DNA of 64,000 nucleotides from Octopus vulgaris (Eukaryota), in NCBI GenBank assembly GCA_951406725.2, contig OX597830.1, forward strand, positions 18,786,001-18,850,000, read 5' to 3'. Both the position numbers and the translations under genes were made by a program. Positions 37,497 to 49,166 of the stretch are shown one piece after another. Under the pieces are notes generated by a model. That model saw only the letters and a list, made by a program, of their open reading frames with translations. It was not told the DNA's origin and did no database searches. Within the stretch, counting starts at the first letter, position 1, and each line of letters opens with the position of its first letter.

Positions 37497-38422
37497 CTAC
37501 TACATGTGTGGAAAATCGGTGTGTGTTTGTTTATGGCGTTGTTAGCTAACACCTCCTACATCGTTTTATTGGTTTTGATGAAACTTGACACATGAGTTGA
37601 ACTCATGTCTAGAAACCGCGTGACATACTTAGATTGTTGAAAAATCAATTATACGGCCCCTGGAAGGGACCTTTATGTCTACCTCATATAACTAAGTTTT
37701 TTATACACCCAAGGGAAATAAACCATAGCATGTACACAATATTTTTTTAAACACCCAAGGGAAATAACCCATTTCAATATGTTCGATTACTTTGAATATT
37801 GATTTTTGGTGTGTCCTATTTCTAATTTTTGCAAACAATATCACTTTTATATTTTATTTGACACATGAGTAGAACTCATGTCTGGAAACATCGTGACATA
37901 CTCAGATTGTGGAAAAAAATAATAGGGCCCCTCCAATGGATCCTTCTATCTACTACATATTACTAATATTTTATTTAAACAGCCCAAGGGAAATACCCCA
38001 TACCACCTGCAGTTTTTAACGAAGCGATCACTATTTGAATCTCACGATCAGCCGAACTAATTCTGCATTTCACTACTCAGATTTGAACTGCTAAACATTA
38101 TTATTGCACTTCCTTAATTTGAATCTTAAACCTTAAAGACTTCATTCATACATTTCTATACATACATACTTTTTTGAATGTCCATTACTCCGATAATTCT
38201 GCATTTTTACAGTTACACTTTATCCATGACAGTAGATAATTTTTTTTATTCCACAACGTATTTGTAGTGGCTTCATGCAGGCATAGCGTGGATTCGATCC
38301 TCGATTGCCAAATTTCACTTAACACTTCAACAGCACTTTTCTCACGGTAAAACAATAGTTTTCCTGTGAATGACAGCATTTATACATTTCCCAGATGCCT
38401 TTGCTAAGTAGAATAATGTCTT
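36508..38422. repeat. Pair of diverged ~135-bp direct repeats (36508-36640 and 38288-38422)
   Basis: Both read GTGGATTCGATCC...ACTTCAACAG.ACTTTTCTCACGGT...CAATAGTTTT...CCAGATGCCTT...AATAATGTCTT. Confidence 0.7.
37515..38030 (+). mobile_element. Possible Helentron-associated (HINE/DINE-1-like) element with a duplicated core
   Basis: Follows a microsatellite; TTGACACATGAGT.GAACTCATGTCT core at ~37586 and ~37858; no termini confirmed. Confidence 0.4.
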
Positions 38423-38676
38423 AGCCTCTCGCCAACCTCCGACAACCTCTCTCACCAACCTCCGACAATCTTTCTCGCCAACCTCCGAAAACCTCTCTCG
38501 CCAACTTCGTTTCAGTCATTAGAATGTGGCTGGTCACCGCCTTGATGAGTTTTTAGTCGAACGAATCGATCCCAACACTTCTTTTTAAAACCTGATACTT
38601 ATTTTAACGGTTTATTCTGCTGAACCGCAAAGTACGTTGTCAAACGCACACACGTGGAAACAAACGCGCGACTCAC

Positions 38677-38740
<64 letters not shown>

Positions 38741-38751
<11 letters not shown>

Positions 38752-39207
38752 TGAGGGAGATAAATTGAATATTAATTTAATTAATACCAATTTAAAACCA
38801 GTAGCCTAGCGTATAAGAAATCTGAAAAATCAGAAAAAGTTTCAATATATGTGTATATTTAGGAAAACCACTAGGTGGATAACTGTACGCTAGAAGAAGA
38901 TCACATACGATCTAACTACAAAGAAAAAATGTTCCCCTGAGAATATTCAGCGAACACCAGAACATAAGCGGGCAAGACAGATGAAAATTATATAAAAATC
39001 AAGAATTAATCGTATACCGGTTCCGTCTGTTACCGATAAATTACTTACGTCATCCTTCGTCCGCAGAACTCGTCAGTACGATCGTTCCAATTTCAATATA
39101 ATTTGAAAAACTAAACACTAATTGTCCATATAAAACTTTTTTCTTTGTAGTTAGATCGTATGTGATCTTCTTCTAGCGTATGGTTATCCACCTAGTGGTT
39201 TCCCTAA

Positions 39208-39210
<3 letters not shown>
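38741..39210 (-). mobile_element. PLE-like element in microsatellite: inverted 74-bp arms, hammerhead, ~110-nt tail
   Basis: 38856-38929 is inverted at 39137-39210; HHR in the spacer; tail 38741-38850 carries the CTAGGCTACTGGT stem-loop. Confidence 0.65.
39009..39082 (-). ncRNA. Type I hammerhead ribozyme, long loop II, degenerate core (GGAA)
   Basis: ATCGTA-CTGACGA-GTTCTG...CAGAC-GGAA-CCG-GTA-TACGAT; 6-bp stem I, palindromic stem III ACCGGT. Confidence 0.7.
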
Positions 39211-39282
<72 letters not shown>

Positions 39283-39289
39283 TATATAT

Positions 39290-39432
39290 GGTCACCGTGA
39301 TCACCGTGACCGACCAGGCTATCAGATGTTGCTACACATCGCTGGTCACAATGCGCTTCGCATTGTTTTAACCTTCAAATGACGCCACCCCGCTGGCTAA
39401 GCGAGCAGGCCAGGAGAAGAAAGAATGAGAGG
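39290..39432 (-). mobile_element. SINE 3' fragment (tail type shared with 50503-50765)
   Basis: Minus strand GGCCTGCTCGCTTAGCCAGCGGGGTGGCGTCATTTG...GCATTGTGACCAGCGATGTGTAGCAACATCTGATAGCCTGGTCGGTCACGGTGA. Confidence 0.7.
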
Positions 39433-39565
39433 GAATGCTGAAAAGTGAAGTTCCTGACTTTACAGGGCTTAGAAAAGCTGAAGGACCGCTGCAATAAGGG
39501 GATCAGTGAGGGGAATAAAATTATGTTTAGCTGATCCTCCTGTACTTTCTTTTACCCAAAGCCTA

Positions 39566-39629
<64 letters not shown>

Positions 39630-39630
<1 letters not shown>

Positions 39631-40552
39631 AAAGCTAATAATAAAATAGAAACAGACATATATTATAAGCCTACAGACTCTAAGCAATATCTTCCATTCA
39701 ATTCATGCCACCCCAGACACACCAGGATGAATATCCCCTTCAATCTAGCAAAAAGGATATGCACTATAGTCTCTAACGCAAACACCAGAGACACACGACT
39801 ACAAGAACTAAAAGATACCCTTATCACCAGGAACTATCCACCTTCACTTATTGACAAGTGCATTCAACGTGCCCTTCAACTTAACATCAAGGAACTGAGA
39901 CATCCCAAATCAAAGAAAAACTTACAACCAAAAGCCTTACCATACATCTCCACACACAACCCTCTCAATAACGAAGCCTTCGGCACCATCCTCCACAACA
40001 TACCCCTCCTAAAAAAAGACCACAGAATGAACACAATCCTCCAAACACACACGATCATAAAAAGCAAAGACAGCCTAAATCCATGAAAAGTCTCCTAACA
40101 CAATCCCGAATTCACTCTTCAACACAGAAGCCGACAGTAAAAAATGTGGAAGACCCAATTGCGGGATATGCGACTATCTAATTGAGGGATCAGAGTTCTC
40201 CTTCAAACAGGGACAACGGTTTACAGTGAAAAGCAACTTCACATGTGCTTCGGAGAACCTAATATACTCACTAACCTGCTCCGGGTGTCAAGAGCAGTAC
40301 ATAGGCCAAACAAAAAATAGTTTGCGTAAACGAATGGCGCTGCACAGATCCCAGATAAAAATTCCCCAAAACAGAAAAATAGCTTTTAGCCAACACATAG
40401 ATACTTGCGCCAACAAAAGAACACCAAGCTTCAGGATTTTCCCCCTCTACCAATTTAGGGACGATACAACCTCGAGACAACGAATAAGTAAAGAAACTCT
40501 CTTTATTACAAAATACAGGCCACTTCTTAACGGGTCTACGACAAACAATTAA
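39630..40552 (+). pseudogene. PLE RT-thumb/GIY-YIG endonuclease ORF, frameshifted
   Basis: ETDIYYKPTDSKQYLPFNSCHPRHT.MNIPFNLAKRIC; KCGRPNCGIC; FTCASENLIYSLTCSGCQEQYIGQTKNSLRKRMALHRSQI...E..FITKYRPLLN. Confidence 0.9.
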
Positions 40553-40721
40553 TATACCTCAACTTTAGAATAAAAGAAATATATACACACACAAATATTA
40601 CATTCCAAAGAATCCATTACTAATCACAGCTATAGTCACAGCTATAACTCCATAACATGCCAACTTCAAGCCATACAACACCTCACTACTTTCACCCATT
40701 CATATTCTCCCTTCTCTGTTT

Positions 40722-40946
40722 TTTTCTTCTTCTTCCTCTTCTTCTTCATCATCATCATTATCATCATCATCGTCGTCATCATCATCACCACCATCATCAT
40801 CATCATCATCTTCTCCTTCTTCTTCTTCTTCTTCTTCTTCTTCTTCTTCTTCTTCTTCTTCTTCATCATCATCAACATCGTCATCTTCTTCTTCTTCTTC
40901 TTCTTCTTCTTCTTCTTCTTCTTCTTCTTCTTCTTCTTCTACTTCT
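40722..40946. repeat. Compound (CTT)n/(CAT)n microsatellite in the PLE 3' region
   Basis: Direct inspection. Confidence 0.95.
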
Positions 40947-41300
40947 CCACCTTCTACCCCTTAACTTTGTCACTAATGTTTTTTAGTATAACACCTACGC
41001 AAATTCCATAAACAAGCCTTTCAATAGAAATATTCTTCTGAATTGAACTGCGACTGCTAGCCGCCACTGACCATTCAAAATACGACCATCAGGGCACTCC
41101 CAGATTTTCCCACCCCCTCTCCTCATCAGCCTTCTTCTTCTTCTACTCTACCAAGAACTCACAACGACCTCGAACACACAAGTGCAAACAAGGGAGTCAG
41201 AGAAAGGCAGAATGCCACTTATATCTGAACACTACTATAGAAATATTCCATTAAAAAAACTTTTCTTCTAATTTTTCTAAATTTAATTATTTAATCGTTA

Positions 41301-41338
41301 CAGTTGAAAAGGTCTCAAAATGACCGAAACCGGTACTG
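41301..41338 (+). ncRNA. Minimal type I hammerhead ribozyme with U3-A8 core variant
   Basis: CAG-TTGAAAA-GGTC-TCAAAAT-GACC-GAAA-CCG-GTA-CTG; lies at the 3' end of a PLE, the expected position. Confidence 0.75.
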
Positions 41339-41385
41339 AAATGTTCACTATAAAATTATTTTAGCATTTTCTATTTTTGACTTGT

Positions 41386-41449
<64 letters not shown>

Positions 41450-41451
<2 letters not shown>

Positions 41452-41618
41452 TTTTATTTGTTTCAGTCATTTGACTGCGGCCATGCTGGAACATCGCCTT
41501 TAGTCGAACAAATTGACCCTTGTCTTTGTAAGCCTAGTACTTATTTTATCGGTCTTTTTAGCCGAACCGCTAGGTTACGGGGACGTAAACGCACCAGCAT
41601 CAATTGTCAAGCAATGTT

Positions 41619-41657
<39 letters not shown>

Positions 41658-41690
41658 TACATATATACGCTTCTTTCAGTTTCCGGCCCA
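41450..41690 (-). mobile_element. SINE-A 3' part
   Basis: Family consensus. Confidence 0.8.
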
Positions 41691-42222
41691 AGAATGTTTG
41701 AATGTTTAGGTATCGAGTACCGAGCGAACTTTTGAATAGCCTGTTTCTATGCTACTCAGTACATTCTGGTTTCAAATTCGGATTTGATTCATCAAATCAC
41801 TTGAAAACCAGCTGATACTAAAGCAACCAATCCTGTATACCACGAGGCAAGTCCTGTTGTTTTAGTTTGTTTTAGTCGCTACTCGGGTTTTGTTGTACCC
41901 CCGTTAGTAGCTGACTCCATGACCCTATATAAATTCCTATTGTATGATATTATTTGTTCCTACCCACATACAGATGGTGACTGGCAGGAATTAATTTCGC
42001 TGATTAATCGTCAATATTAATTGTGACTTTGCGAGTTAGTATCTGTGTCACTTTTATAAACCCCGTGAGTCAGATTGGTTGTTCTAGCATCCCTCCTTTA
42101 CCATCCTTCGGGGGCAACGCCTTTTCTATTTTGTCTGCTGGGACCATGAGGCACTCTGAATAACAGGAAATTGTACGTTCCACTCCTTAATGTAAAGTTA
42201 ATACCAATATTTTAAAACATAC

Positions 42223-42666
<444 letters not shown>

Positions 42667-42734
42667 ACTTTAATCCCTTAGAAACCAGTTAAAAATATTA
42701 CAATAAATTTTATTAATATAATAGTAATAATAAT

Positions 42735-42910
42735 CCTTTCTACTATAGGCATAAGACCTGAAATTTTGGTGGAGGGACTAAGTCGATTACACCGACCCCA
42801 ATGCTCTACAGGTACTTACTTTATCAATTTCGAAAGGGATGGAAAGTAAAGTCGACCGCGGCGGAATCTGAACTTAGAACGTAAAGACAGATGAAATACT
42901 GCCGAGCATT
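42735..42910 (-). mobile_element. SINE-B with alternative (ATT)n tail
   Basis: Tail AAAATTTCAGGTCTTATGCCTATAGTAGAAAGGATTATTATT on the minus strand. Confidence 0.75.
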
Positions 42911-43422
42911 TCTACTCGGCCAGCATTTCTACTCGCTCACACACTTAATAGTAAAGATATTTCCAAATTTTGGCAAAAAGGCTAGTGATTTTGTTAAATT
43001 TAACAAAATCCAAGGCCTGTAGTTTTAGGAGTGGGGTTAAGTTTCTTGATTAAATATTGGTAAAGTACTGGAATCGATTTGTTCGACTAAACCCGTCAAG
43101 ATGGTGCTCCAGCATGGCTACAAACAGTTGGAAGATTGAAACTAGTAAAAGAAAACGACAACCAGCATCCTGGTGCTCCGTTGCATTGGCCATTCGCATT
43201 CTAACCGAAATTGCAGCCTAAAGATAAACTAGATAGCCATGGTAATACGGATAAGCAACAGAAACATTAACAGAATATTGAACATGCATTTTTTTTCAGT
43301 GTAAAACGGAGGGCGTAGGGTGGGATGCACCTTCGGAAATCCTCCGGCCCCGATTTCACCAGAATTTTTTTTCAACGTTTTTTTTTTTTATGTTATCATC
43401 TTAGTTGACCTCCTAATATACC

Positions 43423-43653
43423 TATTTATTTATTACCCACAAGGAGCTAAACACAGAGGGGACAAAAAGGACAGACATAGGTATTAAGTCGATTACATCG
43501 ACCCCAGTGCGTAACTGGTACTTTAATTTATCGACCCCGAAAGGATGAAAGGCAAAGTCGACCTCGGCGGAATTTGAACTCAGAACGTAACGGCAGACGA
43601 AATACCGCAAAGCACTTCGCCCGGCGTGTTAACGTTTCTGCCAGCTCACCGCC
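43423..43653 (-). mobile_element. SINE-B inserted in the Merlin-like inverted repeat
   Basis: Family consensus; short ATATACC duplication. Confidence 0.9.
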
Positions 43654-43889
43654 TTTATATACCGCAAATGCATTTTTTTCTGTGGGAAACAGAGGAGCGT
43701 TTTTTGTTGTTACCTTAATTGATCTTATAATATAAAGTAAATGAATTTTTGCCATAGATTAATCGATAAAACAAAATTTTGCAGCACAGTTTGGGTACAG
43801 GGAAGTAATTTACAAAGATTTTAATGAAACATATCAACTAACTGACCTTAAAATTTAAAATTTGAAAAGAATTAACTTACCTTATGCAG

Positions 43890-44150
43890 TTAGAGGGCAG
43901 TCCTGTATATCTTCTGTCTTCGGATTTGTGCTGGAATCAACTCTTTACTAGCGAGGGGTGTATATAATTTTGCTGCCTCAATAAAAAATTGGTGCAGCAA
44001 TTTTTTTTTTTCAATAGCAGAGATAAGTAAATACCTGGCCAGGTACTGGTGTAGACAGTTTGAACGAATATCCAGCCTTTTTATCCATCCTTTTAAATCT
44101 CGCCCAAAAACGTTCAATGTTTTGTGTGCGTATGTGTGCATCTGTGGTGT
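43890..44150 (-). pseudogene. Merlin/IS1595 (ISXO2-like) transposase C-terminal fragment
   Basis: TTDAHIRTQNIERF(fs)RDLKGWIKR...QYLARYLLI; TxxIExxW-type motif carrying the catalytic E. Confidence 0.7.
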
Positions 44151-44499
44151 CCAGCACAAATCCTGTTTACTATTACTGGACAGTATTTTTGTGACGTATA
44201 TAATATATACTCAGAAAAAATGCATTTGCGATATATTAGGAGGTCAAGAAAGATGAGACCATAAAAAAAAAAAAACGTTGAAAAAATAATTCCGGTGAAA
44301 TCGGGGTCGGAGGATTTCCAAGGGTACATCCCACCCCACCCCTCCGTTTTCCGCGGAAAGAATGCCTTTCCGACAGCTTGCGAGGTCAACTAAGACGATT
44401 GCACCCCCAAAAACCGCGAGAAAAATTATTTTGTACCGAAATCGAGTCTGGTGGGAAACTATAAATTTACCATTTTTTAAAGTCTGGTGTTTATTCTAT

Positions 44500-47087
44500 C
44501 GGTATCTTTGTCGGTCAGACGAGAGAGCAAACGCCTCAGGTTACTCAAGTGATCATTGGCGTCTTGCCCACTGATGAGCATATCGTTTTGGAAGACGGCA
44601 ACTCCAGGCTGATCACTGGTTAGGATCTCCACGATCTCCTGGTAGTAACCAGGCGCTGACTTGATTCCAAATGGGAGTCGTTGCTGCAGGAGTACTCCCC
44701 GGTGAGTGCTGAGGGCTAGCCTTCGTTGACTCTCTGGTACCAGCTTGATCTGGTTGTAGGCATCAGCAAGGTCAATCTTCGTGTAACCGCATCCACCTCC
44801 TAGCTTCTGCATCAGTTCCTCTGAGAACGGCATTGGATGACGGTGTCCCTCTAGTTGACCGTTGATACAGAGTAGTCGTTATTGATCCGAAACATGAGCT
44901 TCGGGGTGCCCGGACTATGTGCCTTCTGAATCGGTACCACTGGTGTTCCATATTCGTTGAACTGGACTTGCTTCAAGACACCTTTGGCGATGCTTCCTTC
45001 GTAACCTTTGACCATGTCATCACGAAGAGCGAACGGAACCGGTTGTGCCTTGTGAAAAACTGGCTTCGCATTAGTCTTGAACTTTACTTCCAGTTTGAAA
45101 TCTTTAAGGCAGGGAAGTATAAGGCTTGTTAGAGGTCTTAGGATGCGATGTTCTTGCACCCACACTCTTGTCTTGACTCTCTGTGCATCTCAGCCCAAGA
45201 GCATTGTCTACAGAGATTCCCAGTGTCTGGATAGCGTTTCGTCCCAGCAAGTTCGGGTCAGGGATCTCAGTGACTATGTAAGGAGTTGAGCTTTGTTTAT
45301 CAGTCATTGGATCCTTGATTTGGTCCATAAAAGTTCCTTGCACGGGCAGGTCGTGCTTGCTGGTAGACTCGTAACGAAGTCTGATACAATCCAGCTTCAG
45401 TTTTCCTAGTTGTTTCCAGACCAGCAAAGAAACGAAATTTCCCGTAATTGCAGTGTCCAGTTCCATCGTGAACTGTCAGTTCTGGATTGTGATTGGCACA
45501 ACTAACCTAGAAGTATCGTCGGAAACTTCATCGAAGATTATTTTGACAAGCTCTGCTTTCGTGATTCTCTTGACGGAAGGTTGGGGACGATGTTTCCGTT
45601 GCTGTCCTTGCTTCTTCTTACAGCTTCCAAATGTCCTTTCTTGTCACAAAAATGGCATTGACTTCTTTGCAGGGGCAGTCTGTCACTTTATGGGCCTTTC
45701 CACATCTGTAATACTTCAACTCAGGATCTGTGGAATTAGTACTGCTGGTGGGTTATTCGTTGACCCTTGTTCTGTCTCTGCTTGTCCTCGTTGACAGGAC
45801 TGGTCTTCGAACCGTAAGCAGTTTCCTTGGCAACCATCGCCGGGTCTTCGGTCTCAATCGCAACTTGGACAGCACGGGCAAGTCTAGCACTGTGTCCTTG
45901 ATCTCGAAAAGAGTCTTCAAAACAGCTTCATTGTTGACAGAACATATGAATCTCTGTCTAAGAGCTTCATCTTCAGGGTCTGTGATCGAAAGAAAGTCAT
46001 AGGCAGCAGCGTCTTGACGTATAAACGCTGCCATCCCCTTGAGAGTTTCGCCTGGCTTTCGTTGCATGTCACTCCAGATCTTGAAACGTTCTCGCACAAT
46101 GAAACGTTTTGGGTCGAATTGTTCTTTCATAAAGTTGACAATTTCCTCCATCGTCAGCTCGTTAATATCTTTGGGATGCACCCTTGGAAATCCTCCGACC
46201 CCGATTTCACCGGAAATTATTTTTTCAACGTTTTTTTTTTTTTTTATGGTCTCATCTTTCTTGACCTCCTAATATATCGCAAATGCATTTTTTCTGAGTA
46301 TATATCATATACGTCACAAAAACACTGTCCAGTAATTAGCTAGATTCGCCAGTTGTTTATAGATGGTAGCGGTTTGATTCGTCAAGAAAACCTGAGCCTT
46401 GCGCTGGTCAAGCACGGCGTTAGTCACAACAAAAGTGCGGAGTCTTGACTAGTAATCAGGTCACAGTTCTGATGTTGAATCAAATGCAGCAAATGGTGGG
46501 ATAGTAGTTGAAGAGTGGAGGCGCAATGGCCCAGTGGTTAGGGCAGCGGACTCGCGGTCATAGGATCGCGGTTTCGATTCCCAGACCGGGCGTTGTGAGT
46601 GTTTATTGAGCGAAAACACCTAAAGCTCCACGAGGCTCCGGCAGGGGATGGTGGTGATCCCTGCTGTACTCTTTCACCACAACTTTCTCTCACTCTTACT
46701 TCCTGTTTCTGTTGTACCTGTATTTCAAAGGGCTGGCCTTCTCACTCTCTGTGTCATGCTGAATATCCCCGAGAACTACGTTAAGGGTACACGTGTCTGT
46801 GGAGTGCTCAGCCACTTACACGCTAATTTCACGAGCAGGCTGTTCCGTTGATTCGGATCAACCGGAACCCTCGTCGTCGTAACCGACGGAGTGCTTCCAT
46901 CCCAGTAGTTGAAGAAGTTGAAAGACAGGAACTTGGACTGGAATACTTTTCAGAAATTTGAACTTGAATCAGCCTTCTCAAAGCTTCCATATCTTCTCTG
47001 CTGCAGCGCCTGTACCTCCATTTGTTCCCTCTGGAGTCAAAATTGTTGAGGGAACAACTTTCTCAGCTCGCCGCTTTGTTCCGCCAT
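44500..47087 (-). pseudogene. Gypsy gag-pol, multiply disrupted
   Basis: ATG 47087 (MAEQSGELRKLF); ORF pieces 45753-46181, 45104-45466, 44851-45165, 44477-44833. Confidence 0.85.
46515..46903 (+). mobile_element. SINE-C with a distinct tail and 12-bp TSD, inserted in gag
   Basis: tRNA head TGGCCCAGTGGTTAG...GTTTCGATTCC; TSD AGTAGTTGAAGA at 46503-46514 and 46904-46915. Confidence 0.9.
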
Positions 47088-47272
47088 TGTTGTCAAGGTA
47101 AAAATAGTTTACAGTAACATAAAGTATTATATTCCGCAAAACTCTTGACAAAGCAACAATGTAACTGATACTAGAAATAGAGAAGCTTACGTGCAAAACT
47201 GGTTGTTTACCTTTCAAATGATTATTATCAACATCAAGGTAAAAAGTTCAATCGGCAAGGATAGTCTTTCTT

Positions 47273-47290
47273 ATCCTATCGGCGACACCA
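47273..47290 (-). promoter_or_regulatory. Primer-binding site (tRNA-Ser-like)
   Basis: TGGTGTCGCCGATAGGAT, 3 nt after the LTR end. Confidence 0.7.
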
Positions 47291-47293
47291 ATT

Positions 47294-47534
47294 TGTCACG
47301 CTTCTCTCATTCACCTGCAAAGAAGAACACTGTGATACACTAGTTAGGTTTATTACCTGCCTCTCGAACAGTATATAACAAGGAAAGACGTCCCCCTGCA
47401 AGCTCTGCTTATATAGCGGCAAGCCATTAGAACATTCTAGAGAGTTCTACAACTTTCCATTCGATTCCATTGGACAAATTCGCATGCCAGCAATTTCTAT
47501 TGGGTAGATTTAGATGCTAGCAATCTTCACAACA
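47294..47534 (-). mobile_element. 5' LTR (241 bp)
   Basis: TG...CA termini, TATATAA and AATAAA on the minus strand, PBS immediately downstream. Confidence 0.85.
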
Positions 47535-47961
47535 CTATTAACGCTTTATTTATTGATTTATGGGGGAAATGAATTGCATGTCAATGACTACCATACATAA
47601 CTACACCAATACACCAAATATGAAATCAAATGGAACAAAAAGAAATTGGAAAGTGGCAGCCAAACAGAAAAGATCCTATGTTCAATGTTTGTTGGTGATT
47701 GGGGTGTTATGGTGTTATGTATTTTCAAATCCTAATTTAAAGATGTAGGGGTCTATATTTGAATTTATTGTTAAGATAGAGAGGTTATGTACCTTCAGCC
47801 ATTTGAGTCTGACGAGTCGCTTACGCTGCTAAACGCTTTATAGGTGCGAAAACAATGGTCACTATCTCATCGGTCATAACATTTAACTACCTAAAACAAA
47901 CAAAAACAAAACAAAAATAATTATTGCTCTAATGCCTTTTCGGATATATGAGCTACTGACG

Positions 47962-48019
<58 letters not shown>

Positions 48020-48238
48020 TATGTTTCAGTCATTGGACTGAGGCCATGCTGGGGCACCGCCTTGAAAAGTTTAGTCGAACAATCCAACTAGAGTATATAT
48101 TTTAAAAAAATTAGTACTTAATCTATCGGCTTCTTTTTTTATAGAACCGCTAGGTTTTAGGGACGTAAACAAACCAACGCTTGTTATCAAGCGATGGTGG
48201 TGGACAAACATACACAAACACACACGCACACACACACA
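48020..48238 (-). mobile_element. SINE-A 3' part
   Basis: Family consensus. Confidence 0.75.
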
Positions 48239-48239
48239 T

Positions 48240-48455
<216 letters not shown>

Positions 48456-49166
48456 CTTACTCGCGATTCATGTTTCACGTCATCGCGATCGTCAGACAAG
48501 AACTTCAATAACTTGATAGAGCATGTCTTTTCTGCTACACCCATTAGTGCGAGCATGTTCTTTTGTGTTCTAGATTAATTTGCGCGTTGCTTGTATTTGA
48601 TTGGTTTATAAATTTTAAGAAGGCTCAGATCTTCGTCTTCCTAAATTGGTTGTTTTACGTCTTTTTTTTTTAAGCAATATCTTTATTGCCGGGAAATCTA
48701 TGGTCACGAAGCATATGTCCTGTCACTCAAAGTAGGGAAGCTCTTATTTACTACTCACTGGTCATGCTTTCTTTCTAGATTTAATTGTTTATATGGTAAT
48801 TACTTGTTCGTTAACTTGTACAGGAAGTTATTTTATGGTTCGTTGACGAAGATTACTCGTGAACTTTCCGTAGTAAATCTTGTTACAGTTCGTTGGCCAT
48901 ACTGCTTTTTGTTTGTAGAGTTACTTGTTTTCATTTATTTCTTTAGTTCTTTATTTATTTATTTATTGAAGATAACTTATTCATCAAACGTGCAGGGAAT
49001 TTTTTCATGGTTCGTTGGTCATTTATTCTGTAGATTGTTTTCATGGTTAAACGGTCTTTAATAGGTTGTTTTACGGTAGATGATAATCTACTGCTTCTAT
49101 TTAAGAGATTTTTTTATGTTGTTGACAAATTTCTGTGTCATATAGGGGAAATTTTTTAATTTTCTT

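Larger units (their letters stand above)
39628..41390 (+). mobile_element. 5'-truncated Penelope-like element (Neptune type) inserted in (TA)n
   Basis: RT thumb, Cys-rich linker and GIY-YIG endonuclease; ~840-nt 3' region with a (CTT/CAT)n tract and an HHR; TA tracts on both sides. Confidence 0.9.
43286..44366 (-). mobile_element. Internally deleted Merlin/ISXO2-type DNA transposon with long inverted repeats (exact termini uncertain)
   Basis: 43303-43420 (+43654-43682) is inverted relative to ~44212-44350; internal peptide TQNIERF/WRDLKGWIKR...LHQYLARYL. Confidence 0.7.
44500..47534 (-). mobile_element. Gypsy (Mag-like) LTR retrotransposon, 5' LTR-gag-PR-RT, 3'-truncated
   Basis: LTR TGTTG...TGACA, PBS, gag PKDINELTMEEIVNFMKEQFDPKRFIVRERFKIW, protease MELDTA, RT KIDLADAYNQI...RLPFGIKSAPG...VFQNDMLI (YxDD lost). 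Confidence 0.9.

Noticed and set aside
38425-38507. Four 21-bp tandem units CTCTCGCCAACCTCCGACAAC (also a 21-bp doublet at 21610-21652)
   Set aside because: Ordinary slippage minisatellites with no further structure
46515-46590. tRNA gene
   Set aside because: A and B boxes are present, but it continues into a multi-copy SINE body and is flanked by TSDs; the same holds for the other SINE heads
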